Shown here: piece by piece, positions 49,675 to 63,620 of the stretch
Position numbering within the stretch: the first letter of the stretch is position 1
Layout of the letters: every line of letters begins with the position of its first letter
DNA from: Antedon mediterranea
Taxonomy: Eukaryota > Animalia > Echinodermata
NCBI RefSeq assembly: GCF_964355755.1
Contig: NC_092672.1
Coordinates: forward strand, 14,942,001-15,006,000
Direction of reading: 5' to 3'
Length of the DNA stretch: 64,000 nt
Program-made: the position numbers and the translations under genes
The notes under the pieces: generated by a model
Seen by the model: the letters and a program-made list of their open reading frames with translations, nothing else
Told to the model about the DNA's origin: nothing
The model's database searches: none

Positions 49675-52278
49675 GGGTCTGTTTCTGCTGCATAACGCAA
49701 TTTAACCGGTTATTTTAAAATAGATAACAATAACCAGACCGCGTTTCTGCTCAATTTGTGCTCCGAAATAACCGGTTAAATCTATGGGTGGTCGTCCAGC
49801 AAAACGTCATCATTACCCAAAATGCAATACACTCAGACGGAAGTAGTAAGTTGGCTGTTTGTTTACATCGACGTCGTCAGTACACACATGTGTATATCGC
49901 CGAACAGCTCAAAAATGTTAAAATAATAAAATGTTGTCTCCATTTCTACAAGTTTTATTTTTTGTAAAGCTTACTTACCATCGCTAATAAAATTAATTCT
50001 CATGGCGCCTTCAATAACATGGGGAGGGTTGTGCAGCGCCCAATCGCCTAGGATAATTTGTATCTAGCCTAATTCCTCAACAAATGCGATGACATACGGC
50101 CCTTCCCATGTGAACGACTGTTGTCTTTCGCGAGCGCGGTCCTACAAAACACCAACCGGAAACAAAAACGAGACTCAGAATGTTGCAATACCTACCAAAC
50201 GAGAGTAGATAATTGTTAATTAATTATGAAAACCCAACTTTTATAGCAAAAATCCTCCGAATTTATGTTAAAAACGACGAGTTTAGCCACAAAAACTTAA
50301 ATCAAATGAGAGTATCCAAGTCATAGAATATCGCACGTACATAGTGCCTTTAATAGAATAATGAGTATTGAACATATTTCGTGAATTTATGTACTAACAT
50401 AAATAATAACACATTTCTATGCTTAATAAAATCATATTTAATATATTATCAAAGGCTCTGATAACCTTTGTTTTCGGTCGATGTGATGTTTTTCTAAAAA
50501 ATGATATTATGTAAAACGATCAAAGTAAGATTGTTCATTGTTCTCCTATTAAAGGCACTAAGGGCGGGCCATAAATACGCTCGTTTGGATTCAGTTTTTG
50601 TTGCTAAATTCATTGCTTATAACATAAATTCGGATGATTTTTGCTATCCGATTTGGGTTTTCATCATTAATTGATTATCCGCACTTGGCGGATAACCCCT
50701 TGTTATTGTCAGGATCTTTTTTTTTTTTTTTTTTTCGATATTCTTCTTTCTTTCCATGAATTTTGTTGAAAGCATATCTCTAATTCTGGCTAACAAATGA
50801 TTGTATAACTTTGTCAAAAGATTGCCCTGTAGCTGTAGATGTGCAAGAAACTTTTTTTTTCAAATTTCGAGTCGCGCAGCGTAAGTTACGCGCGATTTTG
50901 TGAATTTCAATGATTGATCATAGAATAAAAACTAAAAGTCGTTTTGTATTGAAACTTGGTGAACATTTAAGTCATATAATGCGCAAATTTTCTATGGATT
51001 AAAAATGGCATGATTCACAAAAAGTTACGCGCATACGCGCATTTGAAATTTCAAAATGCGAAAAATCAATTTCTAATCAACTTTCTACGCGTTTCATATC
51101 ATTTTGAGCATTTCAAAAATTCCCACGCGTGCGCAATTTTTTTACGCGCGCATGCCCACGTAGCGCAAAAACATAATTTTTTTGCTTGATTTTTGTTTTT
51201 CCTGTCTTTTTTAGTAAATTTACCAACTTTCAAACAATTTCAACTTAAAATCACGTCATACGAGCACGTAGAATTAAACAATTTACGCGCATTTTTGATG
51301 AAAAAGTTCAAAAATTTGTCAAAATTATGCCTTTTTTTAAACAGTCATAGATTCTAAACTACGTGGTGAACTTTTTTATAATTACATATTCTGGTAGTAG
51401 ATGAGTTGCAGATGTCAAATCATGCATCAATATGGCTAACTGGACATTGTGACGTCATCGTATGGCCACTCGAATATAAAATATAGGATTTTTGTCTCTT
51501 TCCTCGTAGCTCGTCACATTTAATATAGCGTATCTCCACTTATTTGTATTCCATTTCCCCCCATTTTTTTATGTTGTCTAGGTCAATCAATTATCTTTCG
51601 CATGATTCACCATTTTAAAAATTGTTATGACGTCATCATGTTCAAAAGCGTCAATAACTTTGGTCACTTATTTTCACCTATTCTGCACTGTATGTAGTAC
51701 GTATACAGTATATAGTGTATACCGTATAATATACTTAGACGTGACACAAAATAGAGGGCACACTAACATTTTTTCAATAGCATAATCGTTTTTCTGCGGC
51801 CAATTTTATAACTTATATCGTGCGCGTGGCTTTTGCGCTGCGGATAACCTAACTCGTACGTAGTGACGAGTTCAAATCTAGTTAACCATTATCTATTCTC
51901 CTTTGCCTGCCATCCTTCCCCGTACTTTCTCTTCCCCCACAACTGAATAACATAACTTGTTCGACTGTCAAAACCACGAGGAAAACACACATCGTACGCG
52001 ACGGTATCTGACCCGGGGTCACAACTGTCAATCAAATAACCATTATTTCGTGTTGCAGCTAAGAATTGCTCAACGATAACCGGTTAAACGGCGTTCTAAC
52101 ACCGATTTAAATTGGTGTTTTTAACTGGTGATTTTGCGCTGCCTTTTAACCGGTTACCATTTTTACCAAATTTGTCCTGTTTCTGCTGCCAAGAAAATTG
52201 AGTCAATTTATTCACACCAATTTTAATTTATTCACACCGGTTTTAACCGGTTATTTTTTATGCAACAGAAACAGGCCC
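49675..52278. mobile_element. PIF/Harbinger-like non-autonomous element, GGG..CCC ends, 3-bp TSD ATT
   Basis: gggtctgtttctgctgcataa / ttatgcaacagaaacaggccc with att on both sides; related copy at 61082-61964. Confidence 0.8.
50672..51883 (+). mobile_element. Helentron-like non-autonomous element inserted at a TT site
   Basis: 5' hairpin ttatccgc acttg gcggataa; subterminal gcggataac repeated at 51840; 3' hairpin aactcgt..acgagtt then caaatctagtt. It interrupts the right arm of the palindrome 50191-51900. Confidence 0.7.
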
Positions 52279-54703
52279 ATTGTATTGAAAGTGTATTTCA
52301 GAATAAAAAAAAGATTAAATAAATAAAATAGTTAAACACAAATTTGGAAATTAGGAGACCAGTCGATATTAACTGAGTGTGAAACATATAAATATATCTA
52401 GGTGTAATGATATCAAGAGGTGCAAATGACCAGCCATGTAGAAGATGTTATACAAAAATGTAACCAACTCGGGCTATATAAAAGCCATAATTGGTAATTA
52501 CCCTATGGCGAACAATTGCACTTCCATCAATAAATTATGGTAGTTTGGTACTTTGGGTTGGTAGCAAAAGTTATTGTGAAAGAATTGAAAGATTACAATT
52601 ACAAATGGCAAGGTTTATCCTTAAGGCCTTAAGCGAGCGAACTAGAAACCTAACCCTCTAGTTAGATGTAATTGTTGTTGAATATTTGATATAAATTGTT
52701 AAGTTGTTCCATACTTTTGCAACTCCAACTTTGAACGATTATTTAATTTAATAGTCATAGTGGGGTATTATATATCTGTTATATAGAGGACATTGACAAA
52801 TTTAGATAGCCTTATATTTACAATTTACAATCCTGTGAGAAGTGACAATTTTAGAACATTGTGTATTTAAACAACAATTTATGTACACATATTTAAAAAA
52901 AATATTTAAAGAATTTAATTTTGAGTGGCGGCCATTTTGAAATCCAAGATGGCCGACAGATTATCGATTTACATAGTTAGGATTGTATAATGGGTACAGT
53001 AATACCATCAAAACGGACTTGTTCCATTCATAATTTGTATTATTGGTGATATTCTGATTTTTAATAGGGTTATTTGAATGTTGGCGGCCATCTTGAATTT
53101 GGTTCTTTAAATGTCTTTTGAAAAAATGGCAACATATTTTTTTTCATTCCTTATATTATCAAGATATGAAATAAAGTCAAAGTTTGCTTTTAACAAAAAA
53201 TATACACGATATTCATATAAACGACATACCAGCCTACACTTATAGGTCGCCCTTATGACTAGGCCTAGGGTAAGTAGTGATGCTGATTTCAAGATCTATT
53301 AATATTCTTTGAAAATAGAAAAGTATCAGCAGTAATATATTACAGCATTTTTATTAACAAAACATATTGAAATTAAACGTGCATTTCACTAATGAATGCA
53401 TTAAATATAGACGTATTCCATCGAGTTTTTAGCCATCTATTATTGTTGTTCTTTTGGCCCTCCATAGAAATGAAAATATTGAAAGTTGAGTATTCGTAAG
53501 AGTGTGCGAGAAACACGTCTGTAAAATCACCAATTTTTATTTATAAATAATACCAAGTATTTATTATTATAAAAACATGTGCCTACTATTTTCTTTTTCC
53601 GTTCTCAACCAATCATTTTAATATTTCAATAATAGGTACTTCAAACATTATATTTCATATTATTTGTGTCTTTGATTTAAAATATTGCATCAACCTACCG
53701 AAAAAACGAAGACAATTTTTGAAAGTTCATCAATTCTGTTCTAGACATCGTTGTTTGTTATTGTTGACAAGCTACCCTTGCATTTCACTTTTGAAACCAA
53801 TCTAATTGTCAATCACCTCAGGTTGTCACGGAAACTCCAATCAAAAAGCATCATACTTTTAGATGATCTCAAAAAATGGACGGTGATAAACTGCAAACCA
53901 ATCAAAGGGCGAGAATCCAAAATCGTTCAACCGTGAGACCATAGACTCTTTTCCCAGACATTTTTTTGGGTTAAGCAGCTGTAATCTATAAATTATAGTC
54001 GAGTTTCCAAAGTTGCATTCTGTCAGCCTTAGAACTACTGTATAGCTATCGCGATGAAACGTCTTCCTATTGATTATGTCCTCTAGGGAAATAGCCGGCT
54101 AGAGCCGCGGCGCGAAAACATTCATTATTGCAGAAATTTGAATTGGGAGAATATTTTATGAGTTGACCAGAGATTGACTGTCCTATTTAGAATTCAATTA
54201 TTCGGCTGCTTCTATTTTAAATCAATGTCGAAGGCTAGCCTGTGCAATTCTCAAAAATCTGAATGTGTGAACCATTTTAGAACCTTAAAATAGAACTTTT
54301 ACCCGGAACAATTAAAAATATAATTTAATTATAAATCTGATTGTAAGAATACATTGTGGTGTGTTAGAGACATTTATTTTCATACATCAGGATATTAACA
54401 GTTATGGGAATGTTACTGTATAACGCATTGTAATGCTAATTTGATGAGATTGTGCCTTCAGCTTGCTTCCTTATTGGTCATTGAATCACATTAATTTAGA
54501 TGATATAATGTGCACTGCTATGTGATTTTATTTATATTTTGTGTTTTTAGTAATGCAAATTCAATATATAGTTTAATGAAAAGTATTTTTGAATAAGCTA
54601 TTTTTAGTTTATTTGATCTAAAATGACCAGTTAAAGGATGCCTTAAATGGATATGAAAGGATTTTAAAATGTTCAAAAATGTAACATTAAACGACTATGT
54701 TAA

Positions 54704-55185
54704 AGATGTATTGTCCCTTAAAACACAAAAAATGAAAAAAAAAAAATTCTAAATTTAAATTGGCCATATCAAAGTAATATTAAAGTTATTCACTTTAAGT
54801 CGAAAATTTGAGGCAAAAACAACAAGTTTACGTAATTAACAGGTAAATTAATTTGATTACATTTCATCTGGAAAATCGTCAGGAGCGAAAGTAAACAAAG
54901 ATTTCAAACCACGAGTATGCATTATGCATGATGCTAATTTGGATTGTTTACAACTCGTCGCGGTTGAGAAGGTGTTTTCACACAGATCGCGAGGAAGTTT
55001 TATGATTATGCATACAGAGTAGCCAAACAAGCGCGTTGCATTATGAATATGTTTTGATTGAAAACTTTGACTGAAAGTCAAAATTTTTTTTTTTTCAACT
55101 AATTTTTGGTGAAAGTTAATCAACTATCATGATACTTCAAAATAACCCATTTGTTTGGGGAATTACTCAAAGGGACAATACATAT
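54704..55185. mobile_element. Kolobok-like MITE with TTAA TSD
   Basis: ttaa|agatgtattgtccctt .. aagggacaatacatat|ttaa. Confidence 0.65.
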
Positions 55186-57059
55186 TTAAATATAAAAATA
55201 TACTGTACCATGTATATAATATTATCTATTAGATATAATCTTAAAGGGGCAAACATAAAAATTAAAATGCAAGAACCAATTACTTAGATTCAGAAGGCAG
55301 AAAATGACCAGATTCCCACACAGGCCATTTGTAACACTAACTCAATAGACACAATTGATCATTTCTTATTTGGTAGTGAAAGTTTATCCTCAGTAAGAAC
55401 TTGTTTTAATAAGTTGAAAAGACAGACTTGTGTTCAATATTCAATATGAATACTATAAGAATATTTGTATTAATGGATCAACAGAATTGAAACATCACTT
55501 AATCACTATGATTTTTACCAAGATAAAATAATTGTTCTCAATTTTTTTTACAGTAATTGTATCATTTTTAATTAAAGCTACTGCGCATAGTAGGACAGAA
55601 ACATTATAAAACAATTCCACCCCTTATGACTTTATTTTTATATATTTTGTTGTTAATAAGTCCGTAGAATTTGACATATTGTAAATCCTTATTAAAGACA
55701 CTAGACCTGCGATTTTTGATAATGCATATATATAATTTTAAAAACATTAAACTAGGTCAAAATGACTTTTTTTTTAAATCTTTGATCAAACATTGAAATT
55801 CATAAAATCACTTGCAAGTCACAAATAGGAGGTGCACAAGTTCACGTAAATGTTGATATGTTGACAAAGTTAAATTACAACTCCCTGGTTAGGAACTGTT
55901 ATGTTTTAGAGAAATGCGATGCACAAAAATAAGAAAGAAGAATAATACAGATCTTCATGTGGTGAACTATGATGTAAAGATGAAAATCAGACTTTTTCAG
56001 TTTAATTGGCCATATGATGACCTCACAACATCCAATAAGCAAAAATGTTACAAGGATCCATATCTTCAATTAAACAGCTTCGATAATACATTTTAACCAG
56101 GAGGGTCACTTTTCATTTTGACAAACTATGACATATTGAAATTTACTGTAAGGATGAAAATAAATGACCCAGGTTATTCAAATTTTTAAACATGATGATG
56201 TCATCAAAATTAAATTATTTGTAACTCATGCGAAAGATAAGTGATTGAGCTAAAAGATATTAAAATCTTGAGGAAATTGAGGTACGTATAAGCGGAAATG
56301 CGCTCTATCAAATGTTATGATCTATGACGAAAGAGGCAAAAATCCTATATTTTACATTTATGTGGCCATACGATGACGTCACAACATCCGAAAGGTAAAA
56401 ATACTTGGTACATGATTTTGGTGATGAACTTTCAGGTCAGAGGTCAATGACCTTTTTTTTTTCACACAATTTTACCAATATCTTTATTTATGGCACAGTA
56501 TTTGATCAAAATGAATCTATTCTCTTTGAGTCATATTTTACAAAATATATGGGTCAAATTTCTTTTTTTTATTTAATAAATAACAAGTATTTTTTTGTAA
56601 CGTATGCTTGAATTTTTTTCAAACAACTTTTTAAAAAAGGCCTAACTATATGGAAGTGAATATCAAAAAGACATTTTAAATTTGCATTGCAATTAGAGCT
56701 TGTATATGTAAAATACTGATTTTACTTATTTTTGGGTAAAAATTAAAAAAAAATGTTATCTCGTAAACTACTTATAGTAGAATGATAAATCATAATGATA
56801 ATGTGTGTGTTCATTGTAATAGTAATAGTTTTTGTCATAAACCTATCATAAGTCATAAATTTAGAAAATACTGATTTTCATTTGTTTTTGGTTAAAAATT
56901 GCAACAAATGCTATCTCGTGAACTACTTGCCATAGAATGCTAAATCATACACTAAATGAAAGCCAATGATAATCTTTATATTAATTGTAATGGAGGTTTT
57001 TGTCATAAACCTACCATAAGTTATCATAACTTTAGAAAATAGGCATGTCTGAGTGACAT

Positions 57060-59160
57060 ATCTATTTGGATGTCTCGAAATAAGTTCAAACGTAATTCTG
57101 ACAAGACCGAAATTGTAATCATCGGATCCGATATCTCTTTGTCCAAAATCAATATTCAATCCATTCGTATTGGAGATAGTGATTACAAACCTCCCGGTTA
57201 AAAATCTTGGGGTTATTTTTTATCGTAACATATCGATGAAACCTCAAGTGTCTAATATCGTAAAAATGTCAATGTTTCATCTCAAAATATAGCAAAAATC
57301 AGACCGTTTCTTACTGTCAAAGTGACGAAACATGAGGAAACTTTCCCTCTTACCAAATTTCCAACTTTTGAACCAGGTTTTGCCTGACCTTGATAGTGAC
57401 AGCCTTAATGACTTTACTCAGCATGTGACCCCATTAAATGCTAAATGGATTAAAGCATGTAAGCTATCTAGGTATTTCCTGTGAACTTTTTTACTGAACA
57501 TTAAAAAAAAGGCAGCAACCAAAACACTCAACAAAATAGAACTGAAACGAATATAAAGTAACAAAATCCAAATATTTATTCATTTATATAACAACATATT
57601 TATAATATATATATATAGGACGAAACGACTTCTCACGATCGGTATAGGCTTGGCCGGCCTTATTGCTAGGCTAAGGTCGATTGTAATTAAGTACTCAATC
57701 CATCATATCGTAGCCTACGAAAATCTAACGAAGATACATGGCAGTCCATACGTGGAACTCCTAGGCTAAATATCGGATTAACTGTAACAAAATGTGTTAA
57801 ATAAGGTTTTATTTACATACTCGAGCGAGTGACTTCCATGACATAATACCACTACTAGGCCTAGGCCCGGCCTAAAATATTCATTTTTTTTATATGAATG
57901 CTTCGCCTCATCTTGGCTTTCTTCGGCATTATTTTCAAAATACTGTACACATGTTTGATGGAAAGCCCACATCACACGTGTTTTGTCGCGACAATTGTTT
58001 TGTTTTTGTTTTTTGTACCTACGCTACAATAAAGTAGTAATGTATATACTGTAAACAAAATTAATTGTTCGATTTTATATTTTAATACATCTTAAATAAA
58101 GGCAAAGGTATTAAAAACTACATACAGTATTGTTTTTAAAGACATTTTATTATTAATATTAATACATGATAATTCAAAAACAAATCACTGTACCACGCTT
58201 GTAAAATATTCATACGCCAAGACCTCGTGTGTCGTCTCTCTGGCCGGCTCGATTTTCTCCACAGCCTGGAAATCGTGATTTTTCAACGAATTCTAACTTC
58301 GCGTAGAATTAATCAATTTTTACGATTTGAAATTGCTGATATATCACTTTTTCTTTTTATTCATGGTTAAACAAATGATATTACTATTATTTTATAGAAA
58401 AACACATTTTCAAACATTCAGTCACTTCATTTGACCATGAGAGAGTAATTTGATCGGACACATTTTCCCAGTGATTTATTGACACTTCGTAAGGTCGCGC
58501 GGCCTAGTCTTTTGATGTGTAATGCGATTAGATCGATTAGACTCAGGCAAAACCTGGTTTCAGTACCCGTCTAAAGCATCATTTGACGGGTAGAGTGGTA
58601 AGAGGGAAAGTTTCGGCATGCAGGCAGTAATATCATTGGTGTTATCGAGGCTAGATTACTGTAATGGGCTTCTTTATGGCCAGCCTGAGACTAAAAGTCT
58701 GAAAGTTACAACTGGTTCAAGATTAAGCATCACATATATAATATGCGCAGGAAGTATGACCATGTTACTCCATCAAACTGCACTGGTTACAAATAAAGAA
58801 ACGCATAGAGTACAAAATTCTCCTACTGACATATAAATGCCTTAATGGTCTGGCACCGGAGTACATTAGCGAATTGCTAAGCTACCAACACCGCAATTGT
58901 ATTTACAATCATCTAATGATAACCTAAGATTACATGTGCCTAGATCACGCCTAATACATACGGTGATCGTGCGTTTAGTGTCTGCGCTCCTTCCATATAT
59001 GGAACACTCTTCCGATTAAACATCAGGAAATCAAAATCTACAATCTTTTTTAAAAGGCATCTGAAATCATATTTATTCCAACAAATTTACAAGTGCTAGC
59101 GGTTCTGGCGTTGTGCCTTAGAACTTATCTTTTTGGAAAAAATTTGGCGCATTATAAATA
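57060..59160 (+). mobile_element. 3' part of an L2/CR1-group LINE, interrupted at 57331-58620
   Basis: PVKNLGVIF, RPFLT | QAVISLVLSRLDYCNGLL, LHWL, YKCLNGLAPEY, YGDRAFSVCAP, WNTLP motifs. Confidence 0.85.
57331..58620. mobile_element. 1290-bp TIR element with CATG ends and no visible TSD
   Basis: catgaggaaactttccctcttacca / tggtaagagggaaagtttcggcatg plus inner aaccaggttttgcctga / tcaggcaaaacctggtt; exact excision restores the LINE reading frame. Confidence 0.75.
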
Positions 59161-59282
59161 CGAATTTTGGTTAAAATTTAAAACTACTTAAAAATGCCAA
59201 ATCATACATTAAATGAAAGCTAGTGACTGACAATGTTAATATTCATTGTAATGAAGGTTGTTGTCATAGAAAACATTTACTG

Positions 59283-60440
59283 TAGTCTAGTAGTAGAATA
59301 GTACTCTCATGTTTATTGTCTAGTAGTAGAATAGTACTCTCATGTTTATTGTCTAGTAGTAGAATAGTACTCTCATGTTTATTGTCTAGTAGTAGAATAG
59401 TACTCTCATGTTTATTGTCTAGTAGTAGTAGAATATTACTCTCATGTTTATTGTCTAGTAGTAGAATAGTACTCTCATGTTTATTGTCTAGTAGTAGAAT
59501 AGTACTCTCATGTTTATTGTCTAGTAGTAGAATAGTACTCTCATGTTTATTGTCTAGTAGTAGAATAGTACTCTCATGTTTATTGTCTAGTAGTAGAATA
59601 GTACTCTCATCTAGTAGTAGAATAGTACTCTCATGTTTATTGTCTATTAGTAGAATAGTACTCTCATGTTTATTGTCTAGTAGTAGAATAGTACTCTCAT
59701 GTTTATTGTCTAGTAGTAGAATAGTACTCTCATGTTTATTGTCTAGTAGTAGAATAGTACTCTCATGTTTATTGTCTAGTAGTAGAATAGTTCTCTCATG
59801 TTTATTGTCTAGTAGTAGAATAGTACTCTCGTGTTTATTGTCTAGTAGTAGAATAGTACTCTCGTGTTTATTGTCTAGTAGTAGAATAGTACTCTCGTGT
59901 TTATTGTCTAGTAGTAGAATAGTACTCTCATGTTTATTGTCTAGTAGTAGAATAGTACTCTCATGTTTATTGTCTAGTAGTAGAATAGTACTCTCATGTT
60001 TATTGTCTAGTAGTAGAATAGTACTCTCATGTTTATTGTCTAGTAGTAGAATAGTACTCTCATGTTTATTGTCTAGTAGTAGAATAGTTCTCTCATGTTT
60101 ATTGTCTAGTAGTAGAATAGTACTCTCATGTTTATTGTCTAGTAGTAGAATAGTACTCTCATGTTTATTGTCTAGTAGTAGAATAGTACTCTCATGTTTA
60201 TTGTCTAGTAGTAGAATAGTTCTCTCATGTTTATTGTCTAGTAGTAGAATAGTACTCTCATGTTTATTGTCTAGTAGTAGAATAGTTCTCTCATGTTTAT
60301 TGTCTAGTAGTAGAATAGTACTCTCATGTTTATTGTCTAGTAGTAGAATAGTACTCTCATGTTTATTGTCTAGTAGTAGAATAGTACTCTCATGTTTATT
60401 ACTGTAGTCTAGTAGTAGAAAAGTACTCTCATGTTTATTT
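59283..60440. repeat. 33-bp minisatellite, ~35 copies (tctagtagtagaatagtactctcatgtttattg)
   Basis: Highly homogeneous direct repeat; source of the 411-aa and 363-aa ORFs. Confidence 0.97.
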
Positions 60441-61081
60441 CTTATACAAATCGTACATTGTTTTCCATCTTCACTGTGATGTTTTCTAATTAGATGCATT
60501 TATTTATAACGACCTTGCACCAGTACCTAAATTCAGTGATGCAATATTTGTAATCATTATTACATACTGACAACGGGCGTAACTTTGCTATAAACATATT
60601 CAAAACTTCAAAACTAAATACCAAAATGATATTAATATATTTCCCAATTGATGTTTAAAGCTTCTTTTGATTCAAGTAATGTAGTATCTTGTCCAGTACT
60701 TATTTAGTGAACTTGCACTGGTATTAAATCAAATCGCGTCAGTACAAGTTAAATTGCATCATTTTAAGTAAAATTGCGTCAACTTGCTATTCGTTTAATG
60801 ATTCTCTTTTACCATCAGACGAAAACTACTCAGTATTTATGTCAGATATTTATTTATTATAAACATATCTGGATTATTTATATGATTAAATGAATATTAT
60901 AGTATAAACCATGCGAAGATCACAATTAATAATTTGACACAATAATTCAACTAAAATGTTAGGATAGACTTTATTATTTTTATATATAAATATACAGTAC
61001 ACTAGTATACATAATACTAAATAGTTGATATTACTTATCTTGATACATGATGTTTTTTATTCATTGAATGTCACAATCAAT

Positions 61082-61964
61082 GGGTCTGTTTCTGCTGAAA
61101 AAATGAAAATAATCGATTTTTTCCAGTCACCGCAAACCACAAAAATAATCGCGTTGCAATTGAAAATTGCTACGACTTTAATCGGTTATTCAGGAATCGG
61201 TTTTTAAAATCACGTCATCATTCTCCCACAGCGCAGTTCAAGTTATGAAAGGCCGATGAGAGTTGGTTTGTTTATACCCTATCGCTGCCTAAAACTCTCA
61301 CATGTAGGATTAAAAATTACTCTTACGTAAAGCTATATTATTTTTTAAATAAACATCTAGGCCTACTACCGTACCACATACAACAGAATAATGATGTTAT
61401 ATTAATAAGGACACGTCGGCGAAAAAAGTTCGTTTCGCTGTTCGTTGGTTCTACCTTCGGCCTGCTAGGCCTAGGCTATGCTATATATTTCTACCGAAAC
61501 AAGTCAACAAACAGGCCTAAAAAATGACATGTAAAACATCGTTAGCCTGGACTGGTGGTATGTAACGGGTGTATTGTAACACAGAATCCTGGAGTCTCTC
61601 GGTATAATTCTTCCCCACAAAATAATAAAAATCAAATGTTTAACATTTGATTGTTTAATATTCGGTCTACATCGCGATCGTGGTTTTGCTGATCGTCGTC
61701 GATATCGCGCAATAAACAGCATGCTTTGTGACGAAGTTTGTCATACTCTAGAGGTCAAAGTGAGGTCAATAATCGCTATTTGTGTTGCAGCTCAAAACTG
61801 CTCCGCAATAATCGGTTAAAACAAGAAATAATCGATTAAAACACGCAATGGATTGAGTGTTTTTAATCGGTTATTTTTAATCAGTTATTTTATTTTGCGC
61901 CGTTTCTGCTGCCCAAAAATAATCGATTAAAAAAATAAACGGTTAATAATCGATTAACAGGCCC
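61082..61964. mobile_element. PIF/Harbinger-like MITE, 3-bp TSD AAT
   Basis: aat|gggtctgtt..aacaggccc|aat; aatcg(a/g)tt subterminal motifs; same end family as 49675-52278. Confidence 0.75.
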
Positions 61965-62054
61965 AATGTAATAAAAAAACAAAATATATTGGATTACAGT
62001 TTAAAAAGAAATAAATGCTAATAAATTGATAATACTAAATAATAGGTAATATTA

Positions 62055-62731
62055 CCGTACTGACGCGGGTATAAGCCCATACTCGGGTATAAGCCCACCC
62101 CCGACTTTTGACTAATTTTCATGAAAAATGAGGCACTCGGGTATAAGCCCACCCATTAATTCGAAGATCTACAGTGTGTGTCGTAATACATATTTTTGTA
62201 TTTGGCGACGTCCATACACCGAATACACCTACCTTTGATCATAACCAAGCTAGGCTAATATACGCTAGGCCATATGAGGCCTAGCGGTCCTGTTTTGTTT
62301 ACACTCCATCGCGGTCAAAGATCGCTTCACACACGACGCTACATACAAGTCGCCAAAACGGAAAACCACTATTTGGTATCGGCTGCCATAAACAAGCTTA
62401 TTAAATTTCTTTGGTACATTTCTATTTAACGAACATTGTATACTTGCTTTTCTGCTTGATAAATTCTTGTTCAGTTGATGTTTAAAATAAGATATTCTAC
62501 GATAAATTACACGAACTAGGCTATAAGCTTAATTTTCCGACACTCTACACCTCGTGTATTTAGAGGCAACGTCTTACACGTGAGGGCGCTCGCTCGCATG
62601 GTGGAAATACACAGTGTACATGTGCTGTTTTTGACGATCTGCATTTTTGGATCCTCGGGTATAAGCCCACCCCCCAAACTTGACGTGATTTCATGTTCGA
62701 GGGAGGTGGGCTTATACCCGCGTCAGTACGG
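62055..62731. mobile_element. Tc1/mariner (pogo-like) MITE with TA TSD
   Basis: ta|ccgtactgacgcgggtataagccca..tgggcttatacccgcgtcagtacgg|ta; perfect TIR and repeated gggtataagccca sites. Confidence 0.88.
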
Positions 62732-62820
62732 TAGATGTTAAATTAAAGGAAACAGCATTAAACATAAAAAAATATTTATGTTTTGAAACTTTTCATTTTT
62801 TCTTTCATTGCCCAACTTAA

Positions 62821-63620
62821 CCCTTTCACTGCGTATACCCGGTACTACCGGGTATAAACAGACGTTGTTGAAATACGTATACCCGGTAATACCGGGTATG
62901 GGCAAAACAATGATTTAATCGTATTTGCCTATAATATATAGCACCCTCTGTATTTTTTCGATGAACTTGAATATTTTTGCAAGTCATTAAAATTTTTTCC
63001 CAGGAAAAACAACGGCCCTCTATAGTTGTATTATCGTCTTGAAAATAATGCGCCCTCTATAGTTATATTATATATAGTATACTGTAGTATATATAATAGT
63101 ATTTCTATCTTGGAAAGTTGTTTTGAGTAGCGTAATGGCGGCCATTTTGAAAGTAACACAAATTTACAAGCCCCAATAGGGCAATATGGTGTTTATCACA
63201 ACACGCAAAAAAAAAATTCTGAAACAATAGTTAGACTTTGATTTGTGCATAATTTTATAAAACAATAAAAATAATTCAATTTTTTTAAATATTTTTATTT
63301 ATTATACGTATCTTCATCAATATCCAGTTGGAAAAATGTATTCCATAAGAACTTCTTATAGAAAATATAGTTTTTATAATTGATTCAATAAAAAACACGA
63401 AATCCAAAATACCTGTAATGATGTCACATGACGTCATCAAAGGCAAATTAATTTTTTTTTTATACCTAACTGTAGACTAACACTTTGCCGATCACACACC
63501 ACAAAAATAATTACACAATTATCTCAATTAGTATTTTCTTACAATTAATTAAAATATCATATGTTTTTCCTAAATATATATTACGCACAGAGGTGGGAAT
63601 AATGCTCCGCAGTGAAAGGG
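62821..63620. mobile_element. piggyBac-like MITE with TTAA TSD
   Basis: ttaa|ccctttcactgcg..cgcagtgaaaggg|ttaa; palindromic atacccggta..taccgggtat subterminal repeats. Confidence 0.88.

Larger units (their letters stand above)
49200..52630 (+). mobile_element. Highly degraded LINE RT fragment split by a 2.6-kb insertion
   Basis: GGFRKG, AFLDFQKGFDSI, QGVGKGCLLSPILF and DDIVLL-like motifs at 49200-49660; YKY.LGVMIS-like continuation at 52330-52630. Confidence 0.6.

Noticed and set aside
59264-60499. 411-aa and 363-aa ORFs as protein-coding genes
   Set aside because: They are translations of a 33-bp minisatellite, with no unique domain or splice context.
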